Origin: Pirellulales bacterium
Lineage (GTDB): Bacteria > Planctomycetota > Planctomycetia > Pirellulales > JAICIG01
NCBI GenBank assembly: GCA_040901675.1
Contig: JBBDYJ010000015.1
Location: 32,001 to 96,000, forward strand
Reading direction: 5' to 3'
Length of the DNA stretch: 64,000 bases
The notes under the pieces: generated by a model
Databases searched by the model: none
The model's input: only the letters and a program-made list of their open reading frames with translations
What the model was told of the DNA's origin: nothing
In this document: one piece after another, positions 30,728 to 40,583 of the stretch
Layout: every line of letters starts with the position of its first letter
How positions within the stretch are numbered: the first letter of the stretch is position 1
Translations under genes and position numbers: made by a program

Positions 30728-31264
30728 ATGCAGCGTTACCACGTGGCCCTGGCCGCCTTGTTGTCGCTGGCCGTCGTCGGCCAGACGGCCCAAGCCGCCA
30801 ATCTGTTCAAGACCTTCACCCGCGACTTCCGACGCAACAACTGCTGGCCGGAGCCGTTCACGCAGCCCGACCGGATCGCCGTTCGCGCCCCCTTGGCACT
30901 CATGGTTCACAACGGATGGCGTTTGCAGAATACGTTGAGCGACCACCACTTCAACCAGGAAACGGCCCAGCTTAACGAGGCGGGCGAATTGAAGGTGCAG
31001 GAGGTTCTCACCGAGGCTCCCGCCCAGTTCCGCACGCTGTTCGTGCTGCGGGATGTCGATCCCAAAGTGACCGCCAATCGACTCAAGTCGGTGGAAGAAA
31101 GCGCCGGACGGCTGGCCATCGACGGCGAGAGCCCGAGCGTGATCCCCGTCGGCACGAAGCCCCGCGGCTGGTCCGCCGACGACATCGACGCCACCGGCCG
31201 CAAGTACCGGGCCAGCATGCCCGAACCGCGGCTGCCCGAGCGTGCCGGCGGGTCGGAAAAGTAG
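30728..31264 (+). CDS. Secreted hypothetical protein (RNNCWPEPF motif)
   Basis: Signal peptide ending AQA; SD GGGAG; coding-like codon usage. Confidence 0.75.
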   Translation: MQRYHVALAALLSLAVVGQTAQAANLFKTFTRDFRRNNCWPEPFTQPDRIAVRAPLALMVHNGWRLQNTLSDHHFNQETAQLNEAGELKVQEVLTEAPAQFRTLFVLRDVDPKVTANRLKSVEESAGRLAIDGESPSVIPVGTKPRGWSADDIDATGRKYRASMPEPRLPERAGGSEK

Positions 31265-31323
31265 GCCCGCAAGACCGCCCTGCGGCCGTTTTCGGCCTCG
31301 ATCGAACACGGCCTGACACAACT

Positions 31324-31376
31324 CCTCTTGGCCGAGGGAACCGGCACCGCCGGGATACCACGGCCAAGAGGTTTTT
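31324..31376 (+). terminator. Intrinsic terminator
   Basis: CCTCTTGGCCG ... CGGCCAAGAGG followed by TTTTT. Confidence 0.7.
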
Positions 31377-31386
31377 CTTGCGCCCG

Positions 31387-31475
31387 CGTCGGGTTAGTAT
31401 CCCACCTGGTTCCCTCGCTTGCGCGTCGGGTTAGTATCCCACCTGGTTCCCTCGCTTGCGCGTCGGGTTAGTATT
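31387..31475 (-). repeat. REP-like family E tandem (37-bp unit; minus strand TACTAACCCGACGCGCAAGCGAGGGAACC)
   Basis: Two full units plus a partial; another partial at ~34377. Confidence 0.85.
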
Positions 31476-31652
31476 CCACGCGCAAAGCGTGTCTTTTCGA
31501 CCGTCAAATTCTTCGGAATCTTCCCCACTTCGCATGCAGCCTGCCAGCACCGCCGGCCGATGATTACGGCTGACCCAGGACAGACGTTCAGAAGCAGGTC
31601 GCGCACTGCCGTGCCGGCGGTCGACGGCGAGGCTTTCAAGGGAGGTACGCAG

Positions 31653-32960
31653 GTGGGCAAATTGCTGGTCAAACGGCTGGCTCTGGCCGGCCTTCTCAGC
31701 GTGGGACTGGCCGCCACGGGTTGTGCAAGCGGGTCTTCGCTGGCCTCGAATAGTCGCCCGCGACCATCGGCAATCGCATCGGGCAAGTCCGTTCCCGGCC
31801 GATCGCTGGCCTCGGCGCCACGAGTCGCCGGCCCGAACGCTCAGGGCCTCAACACGTCCGAACCGGGGGCGGCCAGCAAGCTGGCTTCGACGGTCAAGAA
31901 CTCGAGCATCGGCAAGAGCATGACCTCGGCCTACAGCAAGACCAGGAAAAAGGCGTCGTCGCTGGCCAAGAGGCCGAACGAGCCGCCCGCCGACCCGATC
32001 GCCCTGGACGCCGACGCGGGCCGCCCCGACCCCGATTTTTATGTGTCGGTGGCCCGGCTTCACGAGCAGTCGAACAAGATCCCGTTGGCCAAAGAGTTCT
32101 ATGGCCGGGCGCTGGCGTTGGACGAGAACCACCTGGGCGCCATTCTGGGAATGGCCCGCCTGCACGACCGGCAGGGGCAGTTGCCCGAAGCCACCGGGCT
32201 CTACCTGGAAGCGACGCGCCGGCATCCCAAGGACGCCGCCGCGCTCAACGATCTGGGGATTTGCTATGCCCGGCAGCGGATGTTCAACGAGTCGGCCTCC
32301 GCACTGGCGCGGGCCGTCGAGGCACAGCCCAAAAAGCCGCTGTACCGCAACAACCTGGCGACCGTGCTGGTCGAGTTGGGACGCGTCGACGAGGCGCTGG
32401 TTCACTTGAAGGCCGTCCACGGGGCGGCGGTGGCCCACTACAACACCGGCTTCCTGTTGAACCGGCGAGGTGAATTGCAGCAGGCACTCGACCAGTTTGC
32501 CCTGGCGGCCCGGCACGATCCTTCGCTGGAAGGGGCCCAGCAATGGGTAGACTCGCTCTCGCGGCAGATTGCGCAAGCCGCCGCGGCGCCGTCGGCCGGT
32601 TCGGTAGCGGGTACCACCGGGCCGGTTCAGTCCGGTCCCAAGCTGGTGCCGTCGCAACAATCGGATTCGCTGTCCTTGCCGTCACGGCAGCCGGACTTGC
32701 AGCGTGCCGCGCCGCGTCTGCCGCAGGCCCAGACTTCCTGGCCGGCGGGCGAGCTGCGCCGCACCGACGCGGTCAATCTGGCCCTGCCAGGCAAGGGGTC
32801 CAGCCCGCCGATGCATCACGCTGCCAAGTCTTCTCCTCCGGAGCCGCCGGGCGCGGTGGTGCAGATCTCCGACGAGCCCGCCGAGTTCAGCGAGCCGGAA
32901 GGCCGCCTGCAGCACCTGCCGCCGGTCGATGACCTGCAGTTTCCCCCCAGCCGTTATTGA
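31653..32960 (+). CDS. TPR-repeat lipoprotein (TadD/PilF-like)
   Basis: GTG after GGAGG; lipobox-like LAATGC; TPR motifs ALNDLGICYAR, YRNNLATVL, AHYNTGFLL. Confidence 0.8.
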   Translation: MGKLLVKRLALAGLLSVGLAATGCASGSSLASNSRPRPSAIASGKSVPGRSLASAPRVAGPNAQGLNTSEPGAASKLASTVKNSSIGKSMTSAYSKTRKKASSLAKRPNEPPADPIALDADAGRPDPDFYVSVARLHEQSNKIPLAKEFYGRALALDENHLGAILGMARLHDRQGQLPEATGLYLEATRRHPKDAAALNDLGICYARQRMFNESASALARAVEAQPKKPLYRNNLATVLVELGRVDEALVHLKAVHGAAVAHYNTGFLLNRRGELQQALDQFALAARHDPSLEGAQQWVDSLSRQIAQAAAAPSAGSVAGTTGPVQSGPKLVPSQQSDSLSLPSRQPDLQRAAPRLPQAQTSWPAGELRRTDAVNLALPGKGSSPPMHHAAKSSPPEPPGAVVQISDEPAEFSEPEGRLQHLPPVDDLQFPPSRY

Positions 32961-33028
32961 TCAGTTTATTGATCAGCGGCTCGATGGGGCTCTAAAACAT
33001 CCGGGCACCGGCTGGTAGGCTAGAGGTT

Positions 33029-34300
33029 ATGCCTCGGCCATCACGACCCAAGCCGCCCGTTGACAGCGCCACCCAAGACGTGCGGATGCGGGGCTTCGCC
33101 GCGCGGCAAACCGTGGAAGCGGCCCTGGCCTGGCTCGATTCGCATTTGGCGCCCCTGGATGCCGAATCAGTGCCGCTTGGATCCGCCGCCGGCAGGGTGC
33201 TGGCCGAGCCGGTCACCAGCGGCATCGACGTGCCGGGCTTCGACCGGGCCATGATGGATGGCTACGCGGTGCGGGGTGAGGAGACGCAGGGCGCATCCGG
33301 CTATAACACGCTGCCGCTGGCGGTGGTCGGCGAGTCGCTGCCCGGCCGGCCCTATGCATTGGTGCTCGAAGCGGGACAAGCGGTCCGCATCATGACCGGC
33401 GCGCCCTTGCCGGACGGCGCCGATGCGGTCCTGCCCGCCGAACAGGTCGAAATCCGCGAGGACCGCGTCCTGGCGGCCGGCGAAGTGCCGCCCGGAAAGC
33501 ACGTGGGCCGCCGCGGAGAGGACGTGGCCGCCGGCACGGTCGTGCTGGCACGCGGCCGGCGATTGCGGCCCCAGGACCTGGGAGTGCTGTCGTCGATCGG
33601 TCAGGCGAACGTCCCGGTCGTGCGGCGCCCGCGAGTGAGGATCGTGATTACGGGCAACGAGCTGCTGCCGGCCGGCCAGCAACCCACCGGCCATTCGATC
33701 GCGGATGCCAACGGTCCGATGCTGGCCGCGCTGGTCGAGCGCGACGGCGGCATTGCCGTGAACCCAGGCATTGTGCCCGACCGGGCCGATGCGATCCTGG
33801 CGGCGCTCGGCGACGAGGCCGACGTGATCGTCGTCTCGGGTGGCTCCAGCGTGGGAGAGGAGGACCAGGCGCCCGTGCTGCTGGCGCGGCACGGAGAGCT
33901 GGCGGTCCACGGCATCGCCATGCGCCCCAGCAGCCCCACGGGGATGGGCCGGCTGGACGGCCGGCTGGTGTTCCTGCTGCCGGGCAACCCGGTCTCCTGC
34001 CTGTGCGCTTACGACTTTTTCGCCGGCCGGGCCATTCGCGCGCTAGGCGCCAGGCCTCTCGCCTGGCCGTACCCGGCGATTCGTGCGCCGCTGGCCCGCA
34101 AGCTGACCTCCGTGGTGGGCCGGCTCGATTATGCCCGCGTGCGGATCGAGGCGGGCCGGGTCGAGCCGCTGGCGATCGGCGGCGCTTCGGTCCTTTCGTC
34201 GACCACGCGGGCCGACGGCTTCGTGGTCATCCCCGCCGACAGCGAAGGCTATCCGGCCGGCGCCGAGGTGCAAGTCAATCTGTATGAGGCTGAAGGCTGA
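33029..34300 (+). CDS. moeA: Molybdopterin molybdo/tungsto-transferase MoeA
   Basis: PGFDRAMMDGYAV, IMTGAPLP, SGGSSVG, LPGNPVS. Confidence 0.93.
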   Translation: MPRPSRPKPPVDSATQDVRMRGFAARQTVEAALAWLDSHLAPLDAESVPLGSAAGRVLAEPVTSGIDVPGFDRAMMDGYAVRGEETQGASGYNTLPLAVVGESLPGRPYALVLEAGQAVRIMTGAPLPDGADAVLPAEQVEIREDRVLAAGEVPPGKHVGRRGEDVAAGTVVLARGRRLRPQDLGVLSSIGQANVPVVRRPRVRIVITGNELLPAGQQPTGHSIADANGPMLAALVERDGGIAVNPGIVPDRADAILAALGDEADVIVVSGGSSVGEEDQAPVLLARHGELAVHGIAMRPSSPTGMGRLDGRLVFLLPGNPVSCLCAYDFFAGRAIRALGARPLAWPYPAIRAPLARKLTSVVGRLDYARVRIEAGRVEPLAIGGASVLSSTTRADGFVVIPADSEGYPAGAEVQVNLYEAEG

Positions 34301-34518
34301 AGGCTGAAGGAGGAAGGCAAAAGGCAGAAGGCAGAAGGCAGAAGGCAGAAGGCAGAAGGCAAGATGAAACGAATGATACTAACCCGACGCGGGTTCCGGC
34401 GGGCTCGACCCGCCCCGAGCCCATCGAGGGGCGCCAGCGAGGAAGTGGCTGCGCGCGCCCTGTCGCAAGTTCCAAGTTCCAAGTCCCAAGTTCTAAGTCC
34501 TAAGTTCTAAGATCTAAA
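34289..34518. repeat. Heptamer arrays (GGCAGAA)n and (AAGTYCY)n flanking a REP E fragment
   Basis: Directly visible. Confidence 0.85.
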
Positions 34519-34521
34519 TCC

Positions 34522-36423
34522 GTGTCCCAGGACCAGTTTCTCGATGTGATCGACCTCGATGAGGCGCAGCGGCGCTTCCACGCGGTGCTGCGCTTGGAAC
34601 CGCTGGGCGAGGAACCGGTGCCGTTGGAAGCGGCCCTGGAACGTGTGCTGTCGCGCGACGTGACGGCCGAAGTGGATGTGCCTTCGTTTGACCGCTCGAA
34701 CTTCGATGGTTTTGCGGTCCGGGCGGCCGACACGTATTCGGCGACGGAAGAGGCCCCCCGCACGCTGCGGCTGCTCGACGAAGTGCTGGCTACGGGCGTG
34801 GTGCCCAAGAGTCAGGTCAAGCCCGGCACGGCCGTGTCGATCGCCACGGGAGGGATGCTGCCGCGCGGAGCCGATGCGGTGGTGATGGTCGAACACGCCG
34901 ACATCCGCGAGGGCCGGGTGCTGGTGAGCAAGGCGGTCACACCCGGCTTCGGTGTGGCCTTTGCCGGCACCGACATCGGCGCCGGCGAGATCGTGCTGCG
35001 ACGCGGCACGGAGCTGACCAGCCGCGAGACCGGAGTGCTGGCCGCCATCGGCGCCGCCGAAGTGTATGTATGGCGCCGGCCCCGCGTGGCCGTGATTTCG
35101 ACGGGAGACGAGATTATCGAGCCGGAGCATCCGATGAGTCCGGCCATGGTCTACGACTCGAACGGCCGCATCCTGGCCGACGCGGTGCGCGAGCTGGGGG
35201 CCGAGCCGATCAGCTACGGCATCGCGCCCGACGACCTGGACCTTCTGCGCTCGCGGCTGCACGAGGCGCTGGAGCAGGCCGACGTCGTGCTCCTGTCCGG
35301 CGGCACTTCGAAAGGGGAAGGCGATTTATCGTATCGCGTGGCGGGCGAGCTGGACGATCCGGGCATCGTGGCCCACGGCGTGGCGCTCAAGCCGGGCAAG
35401 CCGATCTGCCTGGCCGCCAGCCGCGGCAAGCCGGTGATTATCCTGCCCGGTTTTCCCACGTCGGCGATCTTCACGTTCCACGAGTTCGCGGCACCGGTCA
35501 TCCGGGCCTTCGGCGGGCGCAGGGCCGAGCCGCGCTCGACGCTCGACGCCCGGCTGGCGGTGAAGGTCAACTCCGAGATCGGCCGCACCGAGTATCTGCT
35601 GGTAGGGCTGGTCGACTCGCCTGAGGGTCTGTCGGCCTGGCCGATGGGTCAAGGCTCCGGCTCGGTGACCACGTTCAGCCGGGCCGACGGCTTTGTGACC
35701 ATCGGCCGGCACCGGGAGATTGTCGAGGCGGGCGCCGCAGTCCAGGTGCACCTTCTGGCCAGCGAGCTGCGCGTGAGCGACCTGGTGGTCATCGGCAGCC
35801 ATTGCGTGGGTCTCGATTACCTGCTGGGGCAGTTGCAGGACCAGGGACTGGCGACCAAGTTCCTGGCGGTCGGCAGCACGGCGGGCTTGCAGGCGGCCCA
35901 GCGCGGCCAGTGCGACGTGGCCGGCATTCATCTCCTGGACCCCGACAGCGGCCAATACAACCGCCCGTTTATCACGCCGGGCCTGGAGCTGATGGAAGGT
36001 TACGGCCGCGTGCAGGGCATCGTGTTCCGGCCCGGCGACCGGCGGTTTGCCGGCTCGGCCATCGAGGCGGTTGAGCGCGTGAAGCGCGACGCGGATTGCG
36101 TGATGGTCAATCGCAACCAGGGGAGCGGAACGCGGATCCTCATCGACCGCCTGTTGGGTGGCGACCGGCCCGCCGGCTACGCCGTCCAGGCCCGCAACCA
36201 CAATGCCGTGGCGGCGGCGGTGGCGCAGGGACGAGCCGACTGGGGAGTGGCGATCGAATGGGTAGCCGGCCACAACGGCCTTGGCTTTTTGCGTTTGGCG
36301 GATGAACGCTACGACTTCGTGGTGCCCGAGGCCCGCCGCGACCGGCCCGCAGTCGTCGCCCTGCGCAAGCTGTTGGCCGAAGACCGCGTTCGCCGCCGCC
36401 TCGCCGAGATGGGATTCGTCTGA
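34522..36423 (+). CDS. moeA: MoeA fused to a C-terminal PBP/LysR-type substrate-binding domain
   Basis: [28 protein letters not shown], then [22 protein letters not shown]. Confidence 0.93.
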   Translation: MSQDQFLDVIDLDEAQRRFHAVLRLEPLGEEPVPLEAALERVLSRDVTAEVDVPSFDRSNFDGFAVRAADTYSATEEAPRTLRLLDEVLATGVVPKSQVKPGTAVSIATGGMLPRGADAVVMVEHADIREGRVLVSKAVTPGFGVAFAGTDIGAGEIVLRRGTELTSRETGVLAAIGAAEVYVWRRPRVAVISTGDEIIEPEHPMSPAMVYDSNGRILADAVRELGAEPISYGIAPDDLDLLRSRLHEALEQADVVLLSGGTSKGEGDLSYRVAGELDDPGIVAHGVALKPGKPICLAASRGKPVIILPGFPTSAIFTFHEFAAPVIRAFGGRRAEPRSTLDARLAVKVNSEIGRTEYLLVGLVDSPEGLSAWPMGQGSGSVTTFSRADGFVTIGRHREIVEAGAAVQVHLLASELRVSDLVVIGSHCVGLDYLLGQLQDQGLATKFLAVGSTAGLQAAQRGQCDVAGIHLLDPDSGQYNRPFITPGLELMEGYGRVQGIVFRPGDRRFAGSAIEAVERVKRDADCVMVNRNQGSGTRILIDRLLGGDRPAGYAVQARNHNAVAAAVAQGRADWGVAIEWVAGHNGLGFLRLADERYDFVVPEARRDRPAVVALRKLLAEDRVRRRLAEMGFV

Positions 36424-36730
36424 AGGAGGAAGGTGGAAGGAGGAAGGAGGAGTAGGGAGGAACGTCGGGTGGCTGGCGGCAAAGTCCCGGCGCGCCGGGA
36501 TGCCCCAGGACAGTGGTCAGTGGTCAGTGGTCAGTGGACAGTGGTCAGAACAGTGGGTGGCTGGCGGCAAAGCGGACTTCGGCGAGCTCAGTCGAGTCGT
36601 AGCGTGCCCCAGTGATCAGGCTGGGACTGGAGGCTGGAGGTTGGAGGCTTGCAGGACGGCCGGCACGAGCAACGAGCGTCTCCTTGCTGACTCCTCCTTC
36701 CTCCTTCCTCCCTCCTCCTTTCCCCTTCCC
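36424..36730. repeat. Composite repeat spacer: (GGAGGAA)n, REP A copies with nested inserts, (GGTCAGT)n, (CCTCCTT)n
   Basis: Directly visible. Confidence 0.8.
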
Positions 36731-36823
36731 GCCTGCCTTGCGATTGGCTGGGCGGCGATACATACTGGCGCATCCGTTTGCCGTCCCGCCACCAGAAACG
36801 ACACCAGCCAGAGGAACCATCCG

Positions 36824-37747
36824 ATGACGCACATGCTCAATCGCCGACAGGCACTGAAGCAATCGGCCCAGTTCGCCGCTGGCCTGGGTTTGGCGAGCCT
36901 GATCGCTCCCAGCGTCCGGGCGGAAGACAAGTCGCCCTTGTACCGTATCTCGCTGGCCGAGTGGTCGCTGAACAAGGCCCTGTTCGGCGGCAAGCTCGAC
37001 AACCTGGACTTTGCCCGGACGTCGAAGGAAGAGTTCGGCATCGAGGCGGTCGAGTACGTCAACCAGTTCTTCAAGGACAAGGCCGGCGACAGCAAGTACC
37101 TGGCCGACCTGAAGCAGCGGGCCGAGGATGCCGGCGTAAAGAGCCTGCTGATCATGATCGACGGTGAAGGCGATTTGGGCAATGCCGACCAAGCCAGGCG
37201 GACGGAGGCGGTCGAAAAGCACTACCGCTGGGTCGAGGCGGCCAAGGCGCTGGGCTGCCACTCCATCCGAGTCAATGCGGCCAGCAGCGGCAGTTACGAC
37301 GAGCAGCTCAAGCGGGCGGCCGATGGGCTGCGGCGCCTGACGGAGTTCGGCGATCAGCACGAGATCAACGTGATCGTGGAGAACCACGGCGGCCTGTCGT
37401 CCAACGGCGAGTGGCTGGCCGCCGTGATCAAGCGGGTCGATCACCCTCGGGCCGGCACGCTCCCCGATTTCGGCAACTTCAACCTGGGCGACGGCCAACA
37501 GTACGACCGGTACAAGGGGGTGGCCGAGCTGATGCCTTTCGCCAAGGCCGTCAGCGCCAAGTCAAAGAACTTTGACGATCAAGGCAATGAGACCGAAACC
37601 GACTACCGCCGGATGATGAAGATCGTGCTCGACGCCGGCTACCACGGCTACGTGGGGATCGAATACGAAGGCGACAAGCTCAGCGAGCCCGAAGGCATCC
37701 GTGCCACCAAGAAGCTCCTGGAGCGCGTCCGCGACGAGCTGGCGTGA
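36824..37747 (+). CDS. Tat-exported sugar-phosphate isomerase/epimerase (xylose isomerase-like TIM barrel)
   Basis: NRRQALK Tat motif; ENHGG, PDFGNF, IEYEG. Confidence 0.88.
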   Translation: MTHMLNRRQALKQSAQFAAGLGLASLIAPSVRAEDKSPLYRISLAEWSLNKALFGGKLDNLDFARTSKEEFGIEAVEYVNQFFKDKAGDSKYLADLKQRAEDAGVKSLLIMIDGEGDLGNADQARRTEAVEKHYRWVEAAKALGCHSIRVNAASSGSYDEQLKRAADGLRRLTEFGDQHEINVIVENHGGLSSNGEWLAAVIKRVDHPRAGTLPDFGNFNLGDGQQYDRYKGVAELMPFAKAVSAKSKNFDDQGNETETDYRRMMKIVLDAGYHGYVGIEYEGDKLSEPEGIRATKKLLERVRDELA

Positions 37748-37754
37748 AGGCGGT

Positions 37755-39842
37755 CTAGGAATCCAGGATTGCCATCAGCACCGTCAGCCGGATCTCGGCC
37801 TCGGACAGTTGACTGCGCGAAATCCGGCCGCTTTCGTACATGGTCTTGAGCTCGTGCACATCCACTTCGGCAGCCGATTTGGCCGCTTCGGCGATCTTGC
37901 GAAACAACTTGACTTTCCGCTTCGCCGTCACAAGCCGCTGCTCCGCTTCGAGCACTTCTTTATGAGAGGCCTTCTGCACACTCGCTAACTGGTGCGTGAC
38001 TTTGAGCGTCTTCTCGGCCAACTCGTGCTCGCCGACTGCATCGATATACGCCGTCGCCAAATCGACCAGGCCGCTCAACCCGCTGCTGCTCGCCTGTACC
38101 GCGATTCCGGATTTGTCCGGGGCTTCGCCGGCTTGTTTCGCAGAAAGTGGGGATTTGGCCTTTGCCAACTCCAGCTCGGCCCGTTTGACGGCGAAGGCGT
38201 GCGCATCGCGCTGGCCTTGCGTGATGTATCCCTTCTTAAGCAGCCGCTCACTGAACTGCAGCGTGTTTTGCGCGGTGCGCAGCTTTTCCTCGGCCTCGGC
38301 CACGCTGATGTCGGCCTCGATCTTCTTCTCATCGGCTTGCTCCGTTTTGGGGGGCGGAGTGAAGTCATCTTGCGGATCCTTCAGCTTCTCCGGCGCTGCT
38401 TCGGTGGCCAGATACTTGCCTGTCTCTCGATCGAGCTTGTAAACAACGATGCCGTCAGGGCCCGCCAGGTGCAGCTCATCCCCCTCGAAAACCAGCCCCA
38501 CTTCACCCTTCCAACCATCGGTCTTGGTCTGCCAAACGATCTTCCCACTGCTTCCGTCAAGCGCCGTAATCGTCCTCTCTTTCCCATCGGCGATGTAAAC
38601 CCGGTTGTCGTGAACCCGAATGGTCCGCTGCGGTCCGGCCTTGGCCGTCACGTTGACTTTGGCTGGAGGATCCTCGGCGGACTGTTCCTCGGCCGGCTTC
38701 TCCTCGGCGGGCTTGTCCTGGCCGAGCGACCAGCAGGGAACCGCCAGCATCGCCAAGAGCCAGGCGGCAAAAAGCGCCCTGCGCGAGAGCCTGCAAGCGG
38801 TGTGATCGGAAAAGATCATGGTCAATCTCCTTTCAAAATTCCGGCGGCCGCCGCTGTCCATCCCCAACGCGGGAAGCGAAAGGCGGCCGCTGGGTGTACG
38901 CCGCGATATCACGAGCAATGCTTCGGCAAACATTCGCCTGGAGTCCGGCGCCATCGAGACCGCCCAAGCGTCGCAGGCCAGTTCCGCGGTCTCGCGCAGC
39001 CGCCGCCAGACAAACCAGAAAAGCGGGTTCCACCACCACAAGCACTCGCCGGCGAACTGGAGCCAGGCAACCCAATGGTCGCGACGCTTCAAATGAGCCA
39101 GCTCGTGGGCGACAACCGGACGCCAGCGCGCTGGATCCGCTTCATCGGCCAGATCGTCGGGCCAGACGAGCGCGGGCCGGCCGAGACACCAGACGAAGGG
39201 CGTTCGAACGCCGGCCGCCACCAGCACGCGCGGTGTGCGCAGTTTCAAGGTCGCGGCAACCTGGGCTGCCTGGTCGACGAGCCAGGCAGGTCCGGGCCGT
39301 GCCGACTTTGCCACCGCACGGCATCGGGCGATTTGCCGGAGCCGGTGCACAAAAATCGCGGCGGCGCCGATGCCCCAAAGCCAGCCGAACAGAACTATCA
39401 ACCGGCCACGGTCGAGCCGGCGCATCAACTCGAATCGGCCCGGCGGTGGACTTGGCGGTAGGCCTTCCGCGGACGGATGCAACGAGGTGGTTTGCGAAGA
39501 AGGTGCGTTCGCGGCAGGCGCCTTGTCGCCGCTAGGGGCGGGAAAAGAAATCACCGGTGCCGGCCGCGAACCGGTTGCTGGATCAACTCGGATCGGCTCG
39601 GTTCGAATCGGAAGCCGCGGCGGCTGTACTTGTGCCGAGAGCTCGCCGCCGCGCAGTACGGGAAACAGGTCGGCTGCGCTCCATGGCCACCAGACCAGCG
39701 GCGGGCAGAGAAGCTTCAGGAGCAGGATGAGCCATAGCGCGTGCTCGACCGCGGGGCGGAACCGGCCGAGGCGGCATGCCAGCGTGATCAGCAGCGCCAA
39801 GAGCGCAACTACCACGGTTTTGTCGATCAACCATGCGAGCAT
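37755..39842 (-). CDS. BlaR1-like M56 metallopeptidase signal transducer
   Basis: HELAHLKRRDHW, WWNPLFW, ELACD; C-terminal PQQ-like repeat and coiled coil. Confidence 0.92.
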   Translation of the reverse strand: MLAWLIDKTVVVALLALLITLACRLGRFRPAVEHALWLILLLKLLCPPLVWWPWSAADLFPVLRGGELSAQVQPPRLPIRTEPIRVDPATGSRPAPVISFPAPSGDKAPAANAPSSQTTSLHPSAEGLPPSPPPGRFELMRRLDRGRLIVLFGWLWGIGAAAIFVHRLRQIARCRAVAKSARPGPAWLVDQAAQVAATLKLRTPRVLVAAGVRTPFVWCLGRPALVWPDDLADEADPARWRPVVAHELAHLKRRDHWVAWLQFAGECLWWWNPLFWFVWRRLRETAELACDAWAVSMAPDSRRMFAEALLVISRRTPSGRLSLPALGMDSGGRRNFERRLTMIFSDHTACRLSRRALFAAWLLAMLAVPCWSLGQDKPAEEKPAEEQSAEDPPAKVNVTAKAGPQRTIRVHDNRVYIADGKERTITALDGSSGKIVWQTKTDGWKGEVGLVFEGDELHLAGPDGIVVYKLDRETGKYLATEAAPEKLKDPQDDFTPPPKTEQADEKKIEADISVAEAEEKLRTAQNTLQFSERLLKKGYITQGQRDAHAFAVKRAELELAKAKSPLSAKQAGEAPDKSGIAVQASSSGLSGLVDLATAYIDAVGEHELAEKTLKVTHQLASVQKASHKEVLEAEQRLVTAKRKVKLFRKIAEAAKSAAEVDVHELKTMYESGRISRSQLSEAEIRLTVLMAILDS

Positions 39843-39859
39843 CTCGCGGCTCCCCTTTT

Positions 39860-39923
39860 GTAGCAGAACTCGCCAGAGTTCTGGGCCAGACCTCCCAGTA
39901 GCAGAACTCGCCAGAGTTCTGGT
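39860..39923 (+). repeat. Two REP-like family D copies (GTAGCAGAACTCGCCAGAGTTCTGG)
   Basis: Related copies at 21456 and 22347-22400 (minus). Confidence 0.85.
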
Positions 39924-39955
39924 CCGTTCTGGTGCTCTTCTGCTCCGGCTACGCC

Positions 39956-40360
39956 TTACTTGCCAGGCTTCCTGCGGCGGCGGGCCTCCAGCTTGTCGAT
40001 CATCTTGCGGAACTCTTCGATCTCCTTGTCGGAGAAGCTGTATCCCTGCACAAGGGCCAACACCAACGGGGCAGCGTCTCCCTCGCAGAACTCGTCGGCC
40101 AGGTGCTCCAACTGTCGCCGCACGACGTCGTCGCGGCTTGCCGTGGCCCGAAATACGTGGGCAAAGCCGCTTTTGTCGCTGGCGACATACCCTTTGGCCT
40201 CCAGCCGTCCCAACAGCGTGATCACCGTGGTGTGAGCCCATCGCCGCTCTTGCTCGCGCAAGTGCTGCTTGATCTGGCGGACGGTGCCCGGACCCTGGTC
40301 CCACAACACCTTGAGCACGGCGCGCTCCGCGTCGCTGATCGATGGTCGCGGCAATGGCAT
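39956..40360 (-). CDS. BlaI/MecI/CopY family transcriptional repressor
   Basis: ISDAERAVLKVLW, WAHTTVITLLGRLEAKGYV; directly upstream of the M56 gene. Confidence 0.93.
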   Translation of the reverse strand: MPLPRPSISDAERAVLKVLWDQGPGTVRQIKQHLREQERRWAHTTVITLLGRLEAKGYVASDKSGFAHVFRATASRDDVVRRQLEHLADEFCEGDAAPLVLALVQGYSFSDKEIEEFRKMIDKLEARRRRKPGK

Positions 40361-40391
40361 GCTTGCCTCCGGCATTTTCTCCGCCGGCACC

Positions 40392-40439
40392 TTCTACCCG
40401 GCGTAGAACTGATTGTCTACAATCCGTAGAAGAAGTCAA
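40392..40439 (-). promoter_or_regulatory. Two TCTAC-N5-GTAGA palindromes overlapping the blaI promoter (putative operators)
   Basis: 40392-40408 and 40416-40430; TTGACT -35 on the minus strand at 40434-40439. Confidence 0.7.
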
Positions 40440-40583
40440 GCAAAAAATTCAGAAGGCAGGAAGGCAGAGGAGTGCCACTGCTTGGAGGCCCCGCCGTGTC
40501 GGGGCGGCTCGACTGAGCTCGCCGAAGTCCGAGAAGCAGTGCCGCACCGCCTCCGCAAGGCTCGCAAGCCCGACGTGCCCTTC

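Noticed and set aside
31387..31475. Possible mini-CRISPR
   Set aside because: Units are identical head-to-tail with no unique spacers.
39843..40439. N-terminal extension of the 894-aa M56 ORF
   Set aside because: Overlaps blaI in another frame and crosses REPs; the real start is 39842.
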